NCBI GenBank assembly: GCA_964641615.1
Contig: CAZXNH010000006.1
Coordinates: 14,381-78,380 of the forward strand
DNA length: 64,000 bases
DNA from: an uncultured Ectothiorhodospiraceae bacterium
Lineage (GTDB): Bacteria; Pseudomonadota; Gammaproteobacteria; J044
Reading direction: 5' to 3'
A program made the translations under genes and the position numbers. Below, in pieces: positions 1-10,248 of this stretch. The notes beneath the pieces are model-generated. The model had not been told where the DNA came from. It made no database searches and saw only the letters and a list, made by a program, of their open reading frames with translations. Position 1 is the stretch's first letter, and each line of letters opens with the position of its first letter.

Positions 1-383
1 TACTTAGTATTGTCTGGTTTGGTAGCGTGGCACTGGAAGCAGTCAATACTTACAGAGGCGTAGTTATGACAGGTGCTGCAGAAATGCTCATTGGTACCAT
101 ACTGGGGATATTCTCCCTGTTCGTTTGGCACGACATGGCAATCAATACACTCTACCAGGCTGTGTTTCTTGGTACGAACACCTTCACGCATGGTCGCATC
201 ACGCTGATGCATGAGCATGTCCATGTGGTTTTTACGCATCAGGTCTGTTGGCTCAACGCATTGTTCACCTTTACCCTGAGGAATGCTCGGGGTTGGTGGC
301 GCAGCGAACAGGATGCTTGCAAAGGCAAGAGACACCAGCCCAAGAAGGGCTGATGTCATTTTTTTGCTAAAAGTAAGACGCAC
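1..383 (-). CDS. dsrJ: DsrJ periplasmic triheme cytochrome c (3' end at or beyond the window edge; missed by the ORF track)
   Basis: Manual translation from GTG at 383 (GGAG RBS upstream): MRLTFSKKMTSALLGLVSLAFASILFA...; signal peptide; three heme motifs CIDCH, CSTCH, CFQCH; directly downstream of dsrL. Confidence 0.92.
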   Translation of the reverse strand, partial: MRLTFSKKMTSALLGLVSLAFASILFAAPPTPSIPQGKGEQCVEPTDLMRKNHMDMLMHQRDATMREGVRTKKHSLVECIDCHVVPNEQGEYPQYGTNEHFCSTCHNYASVSIDCFQCHATKPDNTK

Positions 384-397
384 GTTTCGTCTCCTGA

Positions 398-2347
398 TTA
401 TTCGCCCATTGCCATATCGATGTAGCCAGTAGGGCATACATCAGAGCAGATGTGACAACCGATACAACGGTTGTAATCAGTGGCTACGTAACGACCAGTA
501 GTCGCTTCATCCTTCTTGACACGGTAAACAGCATCCTGAGGACAGTAGATGACACAGTTGTCACACTCGAAGCACATACCACAGCTCATGCAGCGACCGG
601 CTTCAGCAACAGCTTCTTCTTCAGACAGAGAAGTCACACGCTCGTGGAAATGCCCCATGACTTCTTCGGCTGTTGGAACGTCTTCAGCACGGTGATGACG
701 AGCTTCAAATCCGAAATGACCAAGGAACAGGCGGTCAGAAGAGATAACTTCTTGCTTAGAGCGATCTTCAAAGTTATGAACTGCGAAGTTGTCACCTGAA
801 GTACCACGCTGGTCACCTACAGAAGAATCATATTCTTTTGGAGACAGACCAGTTTCATTGAGCTTGTCCAACAGGTTGAAGTGATGCTTGTCAACCTTGG
901 GGCGCTTGCCCATTTCCATGTTGTTCAGGTAATGATCAATGCTTTCTGAAGCAATGGACGCCTGACCAATGGCAGTAGTCAGCAGGTGAGGGCGTACAAT
1001 GTCACCACAAACGAAGTGACCCTGTTTGCCAGGCATCTGGTAGAGGCTGTCTGAATCCATCAGACCACGACCGTTGTCGAAAGACTCCAGGCCAGTCAGG
1101 TCACCACTCTGACCGATGGCAGCAACAATCAGGTCAGCCTCTAGTACGCGCTCGGTACCTTCAACTGGCACTGGGCGACCATCTTCCATTGTACAGTCTG
1201 CAATTTTCAGTCCGGTTGCGCGGTTGCCTTCCATAACAAGTGCAACTGGCATAACGCTGGTCAGGATGGTTACACCTTCTTTGGTAGCATCAACGATTTC
1301 ATGCTCTGCAGCAGTCATTTCATCGCGTGGGAACAGAGAGGTCAGGGTAACGTCAGCACCTTGCTTGGCGTTTTCATCGATACCTTCCTGGCTGTTCTTG
1401 CTATTAGAGATTTCCTCAGGAGAGCTGCCGTCAGCAAAGCTGGCAACAGCACCCAGACGACGTGATACAGAAACAACGTCGATAGAGGTATCACCACCAC
1501 CGATACAGACAACCTTAGGACTAACAGCCTTCAGGCGACCTTCGTTGAAGGCTTCCAGGAAGCCAACAGCTGAAATACAGTTTTCAGCTTCTTTCCAGCT
1601 CTCAACAGGCAGATCACGGCCAGTCCAGCAACCGATAGCCCACAGAATAGCATCGTAATCTTTTTCCAGTTCTTCTACGCTTACGTCACGGCCAACGCGG
1701 GTATTGTTGCGAACTTCAATGTTGCCCATGTCGATGATGCGCTGAATTTCGTGATCCAGAACTTCACGAGGCGTACGGTAGCCTGGGATTCCATAGCGCA
1801 TCATGCCGCCGAGTTCTTCGTGATCTTCAAAGATTGTTGAAGCATGCCCCATGCGACGCAGCTGATAAGCAGCAGCCATGCCAGCAGGACCACCACCGAT
1901 GATGGCCACTTTCTTGCCACTCATTTCAGAAGGAGCAGAGAACTTGAAGCCTTCCTTGAATGCGGTGTCACCAATGTACTGTTCGACAGCGTTAATGCCT
2001 ACGAAATCATCAACATCGTTACGGTTACAGCCATCCTGACAAGGAGCAGGGCAAACGCGACCCATCATAGATGGGAAAGGATTAGCGTTGGTTGAGCGCT
2101 GGAAGGCATATTCCTGCATGCTCACGTCGCCAACAGGCTTTTCAATACCACGTACGATATCCAGCCAGCCACGGATATCTTCACCCGAAGGGCAGCTACC
2201 CTGGCAAGGTGGGGTGCGCTGAACGTAAACGGGACATTTGTGAGACTCATCCGCGACAAAGATCTTGTCATGCATGCTATCCCAGGTGTCTACACCGTCG
2301 TCGTACTTACGGAACGTCAATTTGGTATCGTCTTGTGAAGTAGCCAT
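398..2347 (-). CDS. dsrL: DsrL iron-sulfur flavoprotein (NAD(P)H oxidoreductase)
   Basis: N-terminal Fe-S motifs (PCQGSC, GRVCPAPCQDGC), GGGPAG FAD motif, GGGDTSID motif, C-terminal 2x[4Fe-4S] ferredoxin domain; position between dsrK and dsrJ. Confidence 0.95.
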   Translation of the reverse strand: MATSQDDTKLTFRKYDDGVDTWDSMHDKIFVADESHKCPVYVQRTPPCQGSCPSGEDIRGWLDIVRGIEKPVGDVSMQEYAFQRSTNANPFPSMMGRVCPAPCQDGCNRNDVDDFVGINAVEQYIGDTAFKEGFKFSAPSEMSGKKVAIIGGGPAGMAAAYQLRRMGHASTIFEDHEELGGMMRYGIPGYRTPREVLDHEIQRIIDMGNIEVRNNTRVGRDVSVEELEKDYDAILWAIGCWTGRDLPVESWKEAENCISAVGFLEAFNEGRLKAVSPKVVCIGGGDTSIDVVSVSRRLGAVASFADGSSPEEISNSKNSQEGIDENAKQGADVTLTSLFPRDEMTAAEHEIVDATKEGVTILTSVMPVALVMEGNRATGLKIADCTMEDGRPVPVEGTERVLEADLIVAAIGQSGDLTGLESFDNGRGLMDSDSLYQMPGKQGHFVCGDIVRPHLLTTAIGQASIASESIDHYLNNMEMGKRPKVDKHHFNLLDKLNETGLSPKEYDSSVGDQRGTSGDNFAVHNFEDRSKQEVISSDRLFLGHFGFEARHHRAEDVPTAEEVMGHFHERVTSLSEEEAVAEAGRCMSCGMCFECDNCVIYCPQDAVYRVKKDEATTGRYVATDYNRCIGCHICSDVCPTGYIDMAMGE

Positions 2348-2399
2348 TCCTACTCTCCTAATCGATGAATCAGGTAATCTGTTTAATTAGAAACTGCGG

Positions 2400-3947
2400 T
2401 TATGCCGTAGCTTCTTCTGTTTCTTCTTCCTCAACGCCATCAAGCTCAGCTTCCTGTTCGGAGCCTTTGAGCACAATAGCGCTACTGACCAGCTGGTGGA
2501 CACTGACAATCATGTCCATACCAAAGTCGTAGTAAGGAAGAACCTTGCTAAATTGCGATTTACAAATTGCACAGATCGCAGCCATATTTGTAACGCCGTG
2601 ATCTTCAACAACCGTTTTCAGTGCAGCCATACGAGGCATGGCACCCTTAACACGCAGCTCCATAAGGTCGTCTGTCAGCAGACCACCGCCGCCGCCACAG
2701 CAATAAGTAGCGTCATGGATAGTGTCTTGCGGCATGTCGTAATAGTGATTACATACGGTCTTGATAATGTTGCGTGGAATATCAAACTGACCGCCAGGGT
2801 AGGAACCCATACGGCTGCCACGCGCTACGTTACATGAGTCGTGGAAGGTCAGACGCATGTGATCATTCTCTTCAACGTTGAAACGCAGCGTATCTCCCTT
2901 CTGGATGAGGTCCCATGTGAACTCACAGATATGCTGTGGAACAGGATATTTGGGATCCAGGAAGTCGAAGGGACCAGCGAGGGTATTCAGGAAGCTGTAA
3001 GCCACTCGCCAGGCATGCCCACACTCTCCGAAAACAATTCGTTTTACACCGAGTTCCAGGGCAGCTTCTCGGATGCGCATAGCGAGTTTGCGCATATTGG
3101 CATAACTACCAATGAACATACCAAAGTTGGCAGCTTCACTGGCCTTAGAACTCATGGTCCAGCTAACTCCCGCTTCATGGAAAACCTTGCCGTAACCAAT
3201 CAGGCCATCAATATGTGGCTCAGCAAAAAAGTCGGCAGAAGGTGTCACCAGCAGGATGTCTGCACCTTTTTCGTCAAGTGGGTACTTAACGGCAACACCG
3301 GTGTCTTCTTCAACTTCTTCTTCAAGGTCAAGCAGAGTGTCTTTCAACGCAGGCTCTGGCAGACCAAGGTTATTACCCAGGGTCTGCGCCTTAAGAATGA
3401 TTTCGTTACAGTATTTTTGTCCGAGACCAACGGCATCCATGATTTCACGAGCTGCCATGGAAATCTCGGCAGTATCGATGCCATACGGGCAGAATACTGA
3501 ACAACGACGGCACTGTGAGCACTGGTGGAAGTAGCTATACCACTCATCCAGCACATCCTTGGTCAGATCAGTGGCGCCAACCAGGCCAGGGAAGTACTTA
3601 CCAGCAAAAGTAAAGTAACGACGGTAAACCTTGCGCAGCAGGTCCTGACGAGCAACAGGCATGTTCTTAGCATCAGTGGTACCCAGGTAGTAATGACATT
3701 TGTCAGTACAGGCGCCGCATTTTACACACGAATCCAGATAGACCTGGAATGAGCGGTATTTGCCCAGGAGGTCGCCCATTTTTTCAATGGCCTTGTTCTC
3801 CCAGTCATCAACCAGCTCAGTAGGATAGCCAAGGCCTTCCTGGTGAGGGGGCTTCGCAACGAAGGGCGAACTATGCGCCATCGTTCCTTCTTCAAGCTTA
3901 GGAATGATGGGATATTCTGGAATCTTTGGTATATCGAAATCAGCCAC
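2400..3947 (-). CDS. dsrK: DsrK, catalytic Fe-S subunit of DsrMKJOP
   Basis: CVKCGACTDKC and CSQCRRCSVFCP clusters, CCG domain (YCCGGGGG), HdrD-like; operon position. Confidence 0.95.
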   Translation of the reverse strand: MADFDIPKIPEYPIIPKLEEGTMAHSSPFVAKPPHQEGLGYPTELVDDWENKAIEKMGDLLGKYRSFQVYLDSCVKCGACTDKCHYYLGTTDAKNMPVARQDLLRKVYRRYFTFAGKYFPGLVGATDLTKDVLDEWYSYFHQCSQCRRCSVFCPYGIDTAEISMAAREIMDAVGLGQKYCNEIILKAQTLGNNLGLPEPALKDTLLDLEEEVEEDTGVAVKYPLDEKGADILLVTPSADFFAEPHIDGLIGYGKVFHEAGVSWTMSSKASEAANFGMFIGSYANMRKLAMRIREAALELGVKRIVFGECGHAWRVAYSFLNTLAGPFDFLDPKYPVPQHICEFTWDLIQKGDTLRFNVEENDHMRLTFHDSCNVARGSRMGSYPGGQFDIPRNIIKTVCNHYYDMPQDTIHDATYCCGGGGGLLTDDLMELRVKGAMPRMAALKTVVEDHGVTNMAAICAICKSQFSKVLPYYDFGMDMIVSVHQLVSSAIVLKGSEQEAELDGVEEEETEEATA

Positions 3948-3971
3948 TACAGAATCCTCAGTACAACCAAG

Positions 3972-4730
3972 TTATGGTTTGCTTTGCTGCTGGTCACCAG
4001 CAGATTCGAATTCAGCCACAGCCCAGTCAGCAACATGGCGCTGCTCACGTGGGTTGTCCACCTGATTACGGGTGGGGCTAAAGAACACACCAGGAGCATG
4101 CAGAAGCTTGCTGACTGGGAAGATGATCATTAGCACAGCAACCAGGCCCAGGTGGATCAGAAGTAAAGGATCCGAAGGCAGAGGTTGAATGTCGAAGCGC
4201 ATCAGTCCCAGGAAGAAAACTTTAACTGCAACAATGTCGGTGTGCGCAACAAATGTCATAGATGCGCCACTGATACCAATACCAAGGAGTAGAGCGAGCA
4301 TCAGGTGATCAGATGGGGCAGAAATATAGCGAACACGATCCACAAGGAAGCGACGAGCCCATAGGCCAGCCAGGCCGAGAATCATGCCGAACGCTGCGTA
4401 TTTGCCGAAAGGCTGAATGAGATCTACCCACCACCAGACAGGGTCGGTGAAGTATCTCAGGTGACGCAGCAACACAATCAACAGGGTCAAGTGGAAAACC
4501 CAGCCGAACAACCAGATCCACTTGTTTGAGCGGAAAAGGCTGTAAAAGAATACGACTTCTTTAAACATGCGTAACACTACACCACCTTTTGTAACAGGAG
4601 CTGGCGTAGTTGGAATCTTTAAAGGCGCGGGGGTCTTTGCGTATTGACGGATCTTTCTAGCCAGACCAACAACCAGCAGGGCTGTCGCGGCATAAAAAAT
4701 CAGGGCATAAAAAATGCTTAGAAACGACAT
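3972..4730 (-). CDS. dsrM: DsrM membrane cytochrome b (NarI family)
   Basis: Five hydrophobic segments, conserved His in FH, RH, IH and LLH; position between dsrC and dsrK. Confidence 0.93.
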   Translation of the reverse strand: MSFLSIFYALIFYAATALLVVGLARKIRQYAKTPAPLKIPTTPAPVTKGGVVLRMFKEVVFFYSLFRSNKWIWLFGWVFHLTLLIVLLRHLRYFTDPVWWWVDLIQPFGKYAAFGMILGLAGLWARRFLVDRVRYISAPSDHLMLALLLGIGISGASMTFVAHTDIVAVKVFFLGLMRFDIQPLPSDPLLLIHLGLVAVLMIIFPVSKLLHAPGVFFSPTRNQVDNPREQRHVADWAVAEFESAGDQQQSKP

Positions 4731-4777
4731 GTAAGCGTTCCTCTCCCAGTAGCAACCTTAGTGAAGTGGGTGGTTGT

Positions 4778-4801
4778 GGCAGACAGGAGAACCTGTCTGC
4801 C
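4778..4801. other. Perfect 10-bp stem-loop between dsrC and dsrM (terminator/processing/stabiliser candidate)
   Basis: GGCAGACAGG-AGAA-CCTGTCTGCC. Confidence 0.6.
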
Positions 4802-4855
4802 GCACCCGGTTTTTATCTGCCTGCGTAAATCGCAGACCTTACTGATGTCGTAATA

Positions 4856-5191
4856 TTATACGCAACCAGTAGGCTTAGGCAGACCAGCGTACTTACAAGC
4901 CTGTTTAGCAGGACCGTAAGGGAACAGTTCGTACAGGTACTTGCTGTTGCCTTTATCCTTACCCAGCTTCTTGCCGATAGCCTTGGTCAGAACGCGTACA
5001 GCTGGAGCGATCTGGTACTCGTCGTAGTACTCACGCAGGAAGTTGATTACTTCCCAGTGGTTGTCAGAAAGAGGGCAGTCGTCAAGTACAGCCATCTGTG
5101 CACCGATCTCTGGAGTCCAGGTGCTCAGATCTTCCAGGTAACCTTCTTCATCAACTTCAACTGCAGTGCCGTTTACATCAATTGTAGCCAT
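4856..5191 (-). CDS. dsrC: DsrC sulfur carrier (both C-terminal cysteines present)
   Basis: Ends PYGPAKQACKYAGLPKPTGCV (CysB and CysA). Confidence 0.97.
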   Translation of the reverse strand: MATIDVNGTAVEVDEEGYLEDLSTWTPEIGAQMAVLDDCPLSDNHWEVINFLREYYDEYQIAPAVRVLTKAIGKKLGKDKGNSKYLYELFPYGPAKQACKYAGLPKPTGCV

Positions 5192-5234
5192 TTTGTCGCA
5201 CTCCTATGTGGGGCGTTAAAACAAAAAATTTAAT

Positions 5235-5543
5235 TTAAACCCAACTCTGAACGTTATCGTTCTTTGTGGTCAGGTCGACGAAGCCACTGTAGTCAACAAC
5301 AGTGATTCCATCGATCAGCTTGTCTTCACTGATACCGCGTGCCTTCAGGTCTTCACCCAAAACGAACAGAGAGACATTTTCCATTGCACCTTTGACCAGG
5401 TCGGAAACAGCAGTGTTATCTACTGCACCAACAACGCCATCTTCAATCAGAAGAACAGAACTTCCGCTGACCACATGTGCCAGGCAGGATTTCATGGCGT
5501 CACGTTCAAATGGTGACTTGCAAACTGTGTGTAGCATTGCCAT
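5235..5543 (-). CDS. dsrH: DsrH (TusB family)
   Basis: MLHTV.KSPF, LLIEDGV, DLKARG, VDYSGFV motifs; operon position. Confidence 0.95.
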   Translation of the reverse strand: MAMLHTVCKSPFERDAMKSCLAHVVSGSSVLLIEDGVVGAVDNTAVSDLVKGAMENVSLFVLGEDLKARGISEDKLIDGITVVDYSGFVDLTTKNDNVQSWV

Positions 5544-5555
5544 AACAGCAGCTCC

Positions 5556-5963
5556 TTAAAAGCTCAGGACAACATCAGACTGATCCATGATCTCAGCCAT
5601 TTCACTGGCTGAAACCACTCGAATTGAGTCTTTCTCGGCCCAATCATCATCCTCATCTTCCCAGGTGAGGTGCTGAAGATCGTCGAGAGTCAGACCACGT
5701 GCTTCGAGTGACTCTTTTTCAACATAGATCTTGTTGATGTCGTAATCGCCGAGTGCAGAGTAGGTAGGAGAAAAGTTCTTCATACCAATGCCGGCGGTAT
5801 CCTGACCTTTTGTAAGCTGATAAACACCGTCATCAACAAAAGCCAGACTAACGTCCTGTTCAAAGGCTGCACCAATCAGCACGACTTCCAGAGATTCCAG
5901 AGCGTACACAGTGCCGTAGGGCGCCTTACGGTTTACATAAAGAAACTTCTTTACGTCAGACAT
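5556..5963 (-). CDS. dsrF: DsrF (TusC family)
   Basis: KAPYGTVYALESLEVVL, AFVDDGVYQL; likely ATG at 5963 rather than the ORF-track start at 5984. Confidence 0.95.
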   Translation of the reverse strand: MSDVKKFLYVNRKAPYGTVYALESLEVVLIGAAFEQDVSLAFVDDGVYQLTKGQDTAGIGMKNFSPTYSALGDYDINKIYVEKESLEARGLTLDDLQHLTWEDEDDDWAEKDSIRVVSASEMAEIMDQSDVVLSF

Positions 5964-5973
5964 AATGCTCCCC

Positions 5974-6366
5974 TTAATCGCCAAACGTCACAAGACGGTC
6001 ACACTGGATGCCAGCTTCAATCAACTGACCCAGACCTGAGATACGGAAACCCGGGGCAATGTTATCGCCATCCTTGCCCTGACGTTTCGCTTCGTTCTCG
6101 TCCAGGATGCCGCGGCGCTGTGCCGCGGCAATACATACGACCAGATCAATGTTGTGCTTTTCAGCCAACTCAGACCAACGTACCTGGATGTTACGGTCAT
6201 CCTGTGGTGGAACAGTATAACGAGTACTGTTATTTACACCGTCGTGATAAAAGAACACTCGGAAGATCTCATGACCGGCTTCCAGGGCAGCCTCAACAAA
6301 CTTATAAGCTGTATCAGATGCCTGGTGCTGGTAAGGACCTTCGTTGAGCAAAATACCAAACTTCAT
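5974..6366 (-). CDS. dsrE: DsrE sulfurtransferase (TusD family)
   Basis: FFYHDGV and active-site CIAAAQRRG; SGLGQL. Confidence 0.96.
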   Translation of the reverse strand: MKFGILLNEGPYQHQASDTAYKFVEAALEAGHEIFRVFFYHDGVNNSTRYTVPPQDDRNIQVRWSELAEKHNIDLVVCIAAAQRRGILDENEAKRQGKDGDNIAPGFRISGLGQLIEAGIQCDRLVTFGD

Positions 6367-6383
6367 TTCGTATCCTTCCCCGT

Positions 6384-7457
6384 TTAGAAGCGGATATGAG
6401 TTGACGCGTTGAGGCTGTTACGAGAACCGCGCCAGTTGTCAACGTGATACTTGGTGAATGGCAGATTGGTCAGTTCGAAGAAACGAGGCCAGCCAATACG
6501 CTCAATCCAGTCGTTGATACGCTCCCAATCCTTAGCGTCGTTCTTGTAGCAATCAAGAATTCGCTTAACGATGGCAGTAGCTTCAGGCCAACGTGGTGGA
6601 TTGTTAGGTACGCCAGCAGCAACCAGCTTCTGGAATGTAGGCTTGCCACGTGCATTAGAGTGGTTACCACCAACCCAAACGGCCAGCTGAGTATGTTCGT
6701 GGTCGTTGATCTGCATTGGAGGACATGGTGGGTAACAAGCACCACAGCAAATACACTTGCGCTCATCAACTTCCAGTGAAGGCTTTCCGTTTACCATTGC
6801 TGGACGAATCGCAGCTACTGGGCAACGAGCAACAACTGAAGGACGCTCACAGGCGTTACCAACCAGATCGTGGTTGATCTTTGGTGGCTTGGTGTGCTGT
6901 ACGTTGATCGCGATATCACCCTGGCCACCACAGTTGATCTGGCAACAAGAAGTAGTGATATGTACGCGGTTAGGCATGTTGCAGTTGCGGAACTCGTCGA
7001 TGAGTTCATCCATCATGGCCTTAACAACGCCAGAAGCATCGGTGCCAGGAATGTCGCAGTGCAGCCAGCCCTGAGTGTGTGAGAGGGTAGATACTGAGTT
7101 AGCAGTACCACCTACGATGTAACCGGCTTCTTCCAGAGCATCGATCAGTGGCTGAACTTTGGCCTCGTCAGCAACCATGTATTCGATATTACTGCGAATG
7201 GTGAAACGGACGTAGCCGTCACCAAGCTTTTTACCAATTTCATTCAGCTTACGCAGAGAGAAAACGTCCAGGATACGAGTAGTACCCGCTTTAACGGTCC
7301 AGATCTCGTCACCGCTTTCAGCAACGTGCAGCAGAACACCAGGACGTGGATGAGTGTGATACTTCCACTGTCCATAGTTGCGGCGCATAACCGGGTGCAT
7401 GTACTGGAACCCGTCTGGGCAACCGGATTCGATCGGTTGACGCATTTCAGCAGCCAT
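6384..7457 (-). CDS. dsrB: Reverse-type dissimilatory sulfite reductase beta subunit
   Basis: HTQGWLHCDIPGTDASGVVK, TSCCQINCGG siroheme/[4Fe-4S] motif, ferredoxin insert, STHIRF C-terminus. Confidence 0.98.
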   Translation of the reverse strand: MAAEMRQPIESGCPDGFQYMHPVMRRNYGQWKYHTHPRPGVLLHVAESGDEIWTVKAGTTRILDVFSLRKLNEIGKKLGDGYVRFTIRSNIEYMVADEAKVQPLIDALEEAGYIVGGTANSVSTLSHTQGWLHCDIPGTDASGVVKAMMDELIDEFRNCNMPNRVHITTSCCQINCGGQGDIAINVQHTKPPKINHDLVGNACERPSVVARCPVAAIRPAMVNGKPSLEVDERKCICCGACYPPCPPMQINDHEHTQLAVWVGGNHSNARGKPTFQKLVAAGVPNNPPRWPEATAIVKRILDCYKNDAKDWERINDWIERIGWPRFFELTNLPFTKYHVDNWRGSRNSLNASTHIRF

Positions 7458-7490
7458 AATGCCTCCAAATAGTCATTTGTATTCGTGTTG

Positions 7491-7519
7491 AGGCGGAGAG
7501 GCAAATGCCTCTCCCACCT
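7491..7519. other. Stem-loop between dsrA and dsrB
   Basis: AGGCGGAGAGGCA-AA-TGCCTCTCCCACCT (core GGAGAGGCA/TGCCTCTCC). Confidence 0.55.
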
Positions 7520-7543
7520 AAATTAAGGTTCAATCCTTATGGA

Positions 7544-8800
7544 TTAAGCGCTTGCCTGTTCAACTTTACGCTGGAACCACTCTTCTGCAGCTTCATCCCA
7601 GCCATCAGTACGTACGTAAGAAGACTGACGTGGGCTGTTCAGCATGTGTGGATCTACAGGAATGTCGATGCCTTCCAGGAAGTTGACGAGGCCGATACGC
7701 TCGATCATTTCACCGCAGCGCTCATGCTCAAGACCATTCTCAGCCCAGAAATCGATGATTTCTTCAGCCATTTCAATGATCTGCTCGTAATCTTCTTCAG
7801 TCTGCAGCTTCATGAAGGGAACAACAACGGTACCCATCAGGTCACCGATCTTCAGAGTACGCTTACCACCAACCAGGATGGTTACACCCTTGTCGTCGCC
7901 AACGTGCAGAGCCTTGTTCATTACGTTCAGGCAGTGCATACAACGTACGCAGTTGCGGTTATCAACGGTGATGGTGTCATCATCGTTCAGCGCAATTGCG
8001 TTGGTAGGGCAGCGAGAGATAACGTTATCGATAACGTAAGCACGACCCTTGGCTTCAACAAATTCTTTTACTGCAGCCTGGTCAACTTTCATGTCATCGC
8101 GCCAGGTGCCAATGATTGCGAAGTCAGAGCGCTCGATAGCGTTAACACAATCGTTAGGGCAGCCAGATACTTTAAACTTGAACTTGTAAGGCAGAGCGGG
8201 ACGATGAACATCATCAGTGAAGTTGTTCATCAGGTGACGCTGAATGATGGTTTCGCTAGCGCAAGACATTTCGCAACGAGCAGAACCAACACAGCACATG
8301 CCGGTACGTACACAAGGACCAGCACCACCTAGATCCCAGCCATATTCGTTGATTTCATCAAAGAAGTGCTGAGTGTTTTCGGTGGTAGTACCGATGAACA
8401 TGATGTTACCAGTCTGACCATGGAAGGTTACCAGACCCGAACCCCACTTCTCCCAGCTGTCAGCCAGCTGATCCAGCATGTCGGTAGTGTAGAAGTTACC
8501 GGCTGGTGGCTGTACACGAAGGGTGTGAAACTCTTTAGATTCTGGGAAAGCGTTACCAACTTCTGAGAAACGGGGGATGATGCCGCCGCCGTAACCGAAT
8601 ACGGAAACGGTACCGCCTTTCCAGTAACCCATACGGGTTTCGTAAGAATGTTCCAGCTGACCGAGCAGGCCGTTAGCCATGCCGCGGATGCGTTCATCTG
8701 AGTGGTCGTCTCTCAGGCGCTTGAAGCCGCTAATGAAGCTAGGCCAGGGGCCTTCTTCAAGAACGTCAAGCATCGGAGTTGGATACTGCTTATTAGCCAT
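7544..8800 (-). CDS. dsrA: Reverse-type dissimilatory sulfite reductase alpha subunit
   Basis: TPMLDVLEEGPWPSFISG, WKGGTVSVFGYGGG, CVGSARC, KFKFKVSGCPNDC motifs. Confidence 0.98.
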   Translation of the reverse strand: MANKQYPTPMLDVLEEGPWPSFISGFKRLRDDHSDERIRGMANGLLGQLEHSYETRMGYWKGGTVSVFGYGGGIIPRFSEVGNAFPESKEFHTLRVQPPAGNFYTTDMLDQLADSWEKWGSGLVTFHGQTGNIMFIGTTTENTQHFFDEINEYGWDLGGAGPCVRTGMCCVGSARCEMSCASETIIQRHLMNNFTDDVHRPALPYKFKFKVSGCPNDCVNAIERSDFAIIGTWRDDMKVDQAAVKEFVEAKGRAYVIDNVISRCPTNAIALNDDDTITVDNRNCVRCMHCLNVMNKALHVGDDKGVTILVGGKRTLKIGDLMGTVVVPFMKLQTEEDYEQIIEMAEEIIDFWAENGLEHERCGEMIERIGLVNFLEGIDIPVDPHMLNSPRQSSYVRTDGWDEAAEEWFQRKVEQASA

Positions 8801-9301
8801 GGCGATCTCCTTAAATTAGGGATGGCAGATTTCGCAAAAAACCTTATCGACAGTCTTTCTGTCGACATCAAGATCTGAATTGCATCCAGATCCAAAATCT
8901 TTGCTGATAACACTATGGTTATTCAGCCGGACATGAAGTCTAGGCGCCAAACCTGTATCCGAGAACCCTACCCATGGGGTGTTTGCACCACCCCTGTATA
9001 TCTCTTTTGGGATATGCGGACTCAGTCAGGCTAGAAACAAAGGCCAAGACCTGAAACGGCCGCAGAGAATATCACAGTTTTATGATAATGCAATAAAAAC
9101 AGTATATTAGAGTATTTTACTCGGTTATTATGACTCCCTGGAACGTCGCTTTATTACAGATTTATGTATTGAAAACCAAAAACTTAGTCTTACATATGCG
9201 ATAGCTCAATTTTGCGCGTTACAATATGAAGAGTTGTACATCTCAATCATTATCACCACCAGATATTGTGGTGTGTACTTCTGGGAGTTGTTGGGTTAAA
9301 G

Positions 9302-10222
9302 ATGTTGATGATGGATTTGATTGATTTGCGTGGGCGCGGAAACAAAAGTGCGTTTCTTACGGCAAATAGCGGCCAATACCGGGCCTGGCGTGAAGCTAAG
9401 CTTGCCCAGATTCCGGAGGGGCTTGAGAAACTGCTTATTCCGATAGAAAGCCCTCTGCAATTTAATGATCAGGAGATAAGGGCGATCCAGAAAGCTCTGA
9501 TTGCCACCAATATGGCTATCTATGATCTGGGTGGAATACCCGGCGAGAGCAAAGCAGAGCTTGTGCAAAGGAACCGGCAACTGGGATTATGTCGGCTGGA
9601 TGGCAATCTCTGCTCTGATGAAGACAATGTCACATCTTTAAGGGTTAACCAGGAAGGGCGTCATAAGTTCTACATTCCGTATACTAATAGGCGTCTCGTC
9701 TGGCACGCTGATGGCTATTACAACGACAGTGAACACCAGATTCTTGGAATGACGCTACATTGTGTGCAGCAGGCAGCTAGTGGCGGGGAGTCCTTGCTGC
9801 TCGATCATGAGCTGACTTATCTGCATCTACGTGATCAGGATCCGGCCTATATCGATGCTTTTTTTGCTAAGGATGCATTAACAATTCCCCCCAATATTGA
9901 AAATGGTGTGGAAATTAGAGGTGCAAGGACAGGACCTGTATTCTCAGTTTTAGATAATGGCGCACTGCATATGCGGTATTCAGCCAGAAAGAGAAATATT
10001 GAATGGAAGAATGATTCGGTTACCCAGGAGGCGGTAGCCTGTTTGTCGGAATTCCTCGAAGGCTCCAATCCTTATATATACGAATATCGATTGAAGCCTG
10101 GTCAGGGTCTTGTGTGCAACAATATCTTGCATGCAAGAAAGTCCTTCGAGGACGAAGGTCAGGATGAGGCCGCCCGGCTTTTATACAGGGCCAGGTATTA
10201 TGATCGAGTATCCAACACATAG
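9302..10222 (+). CDS. TauD/TfdA-family Fe(II)/2-oxoglutarate dioxygenase-like protein (start uncertain)
   Basis: HxD...H facial triad (WHADGYY; NNILHAR) with C-terminal Arg; divergent from dsrA. Confidence 0.75.
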   Translation: MLMMDLIDLRGRGNKSAFLTANSGQYRAWREAKLAQIPEGLEKLLIPIESPLQFNDQEIRAIQKALIATNMAIYDLGGIPGESKAELVQRNRQLGLCRLDGNLCSDEDNVTSLRVNQEGRHKFYIPYTNRRLVWHADGYYNDSEHQILGMTLHCVQQAASGGESLLLDHELTYLHLRDQDPAYIDAFFAKDALTIPPNIENGVEIRGARTGPVFSVLDNGALHMRYSARKRNIEWKNDSVTQEAVACLSEFLEGSNPYIYEYRLKPGQGLVCNNILHARKSFEDEGQDEAARLLYRARYYDRVSNT

Positions 10223-10248
10223 AATATTGATTAAATAAAGAGCGTAAC

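Noticed and set aside
27-353. 108-aa + strand ORF
   Set aside because: Antisense shadow of dsrJ, which has three CxxCH motifs on the - strand.
7505-8332. 275-aa + strand ORF and many similar ORFs opposite dsr, ettA, rib and ABC genes
   Set aside because: Antisense or alternate-frame shadows of well-supported genes, with no motifs or RBS support.
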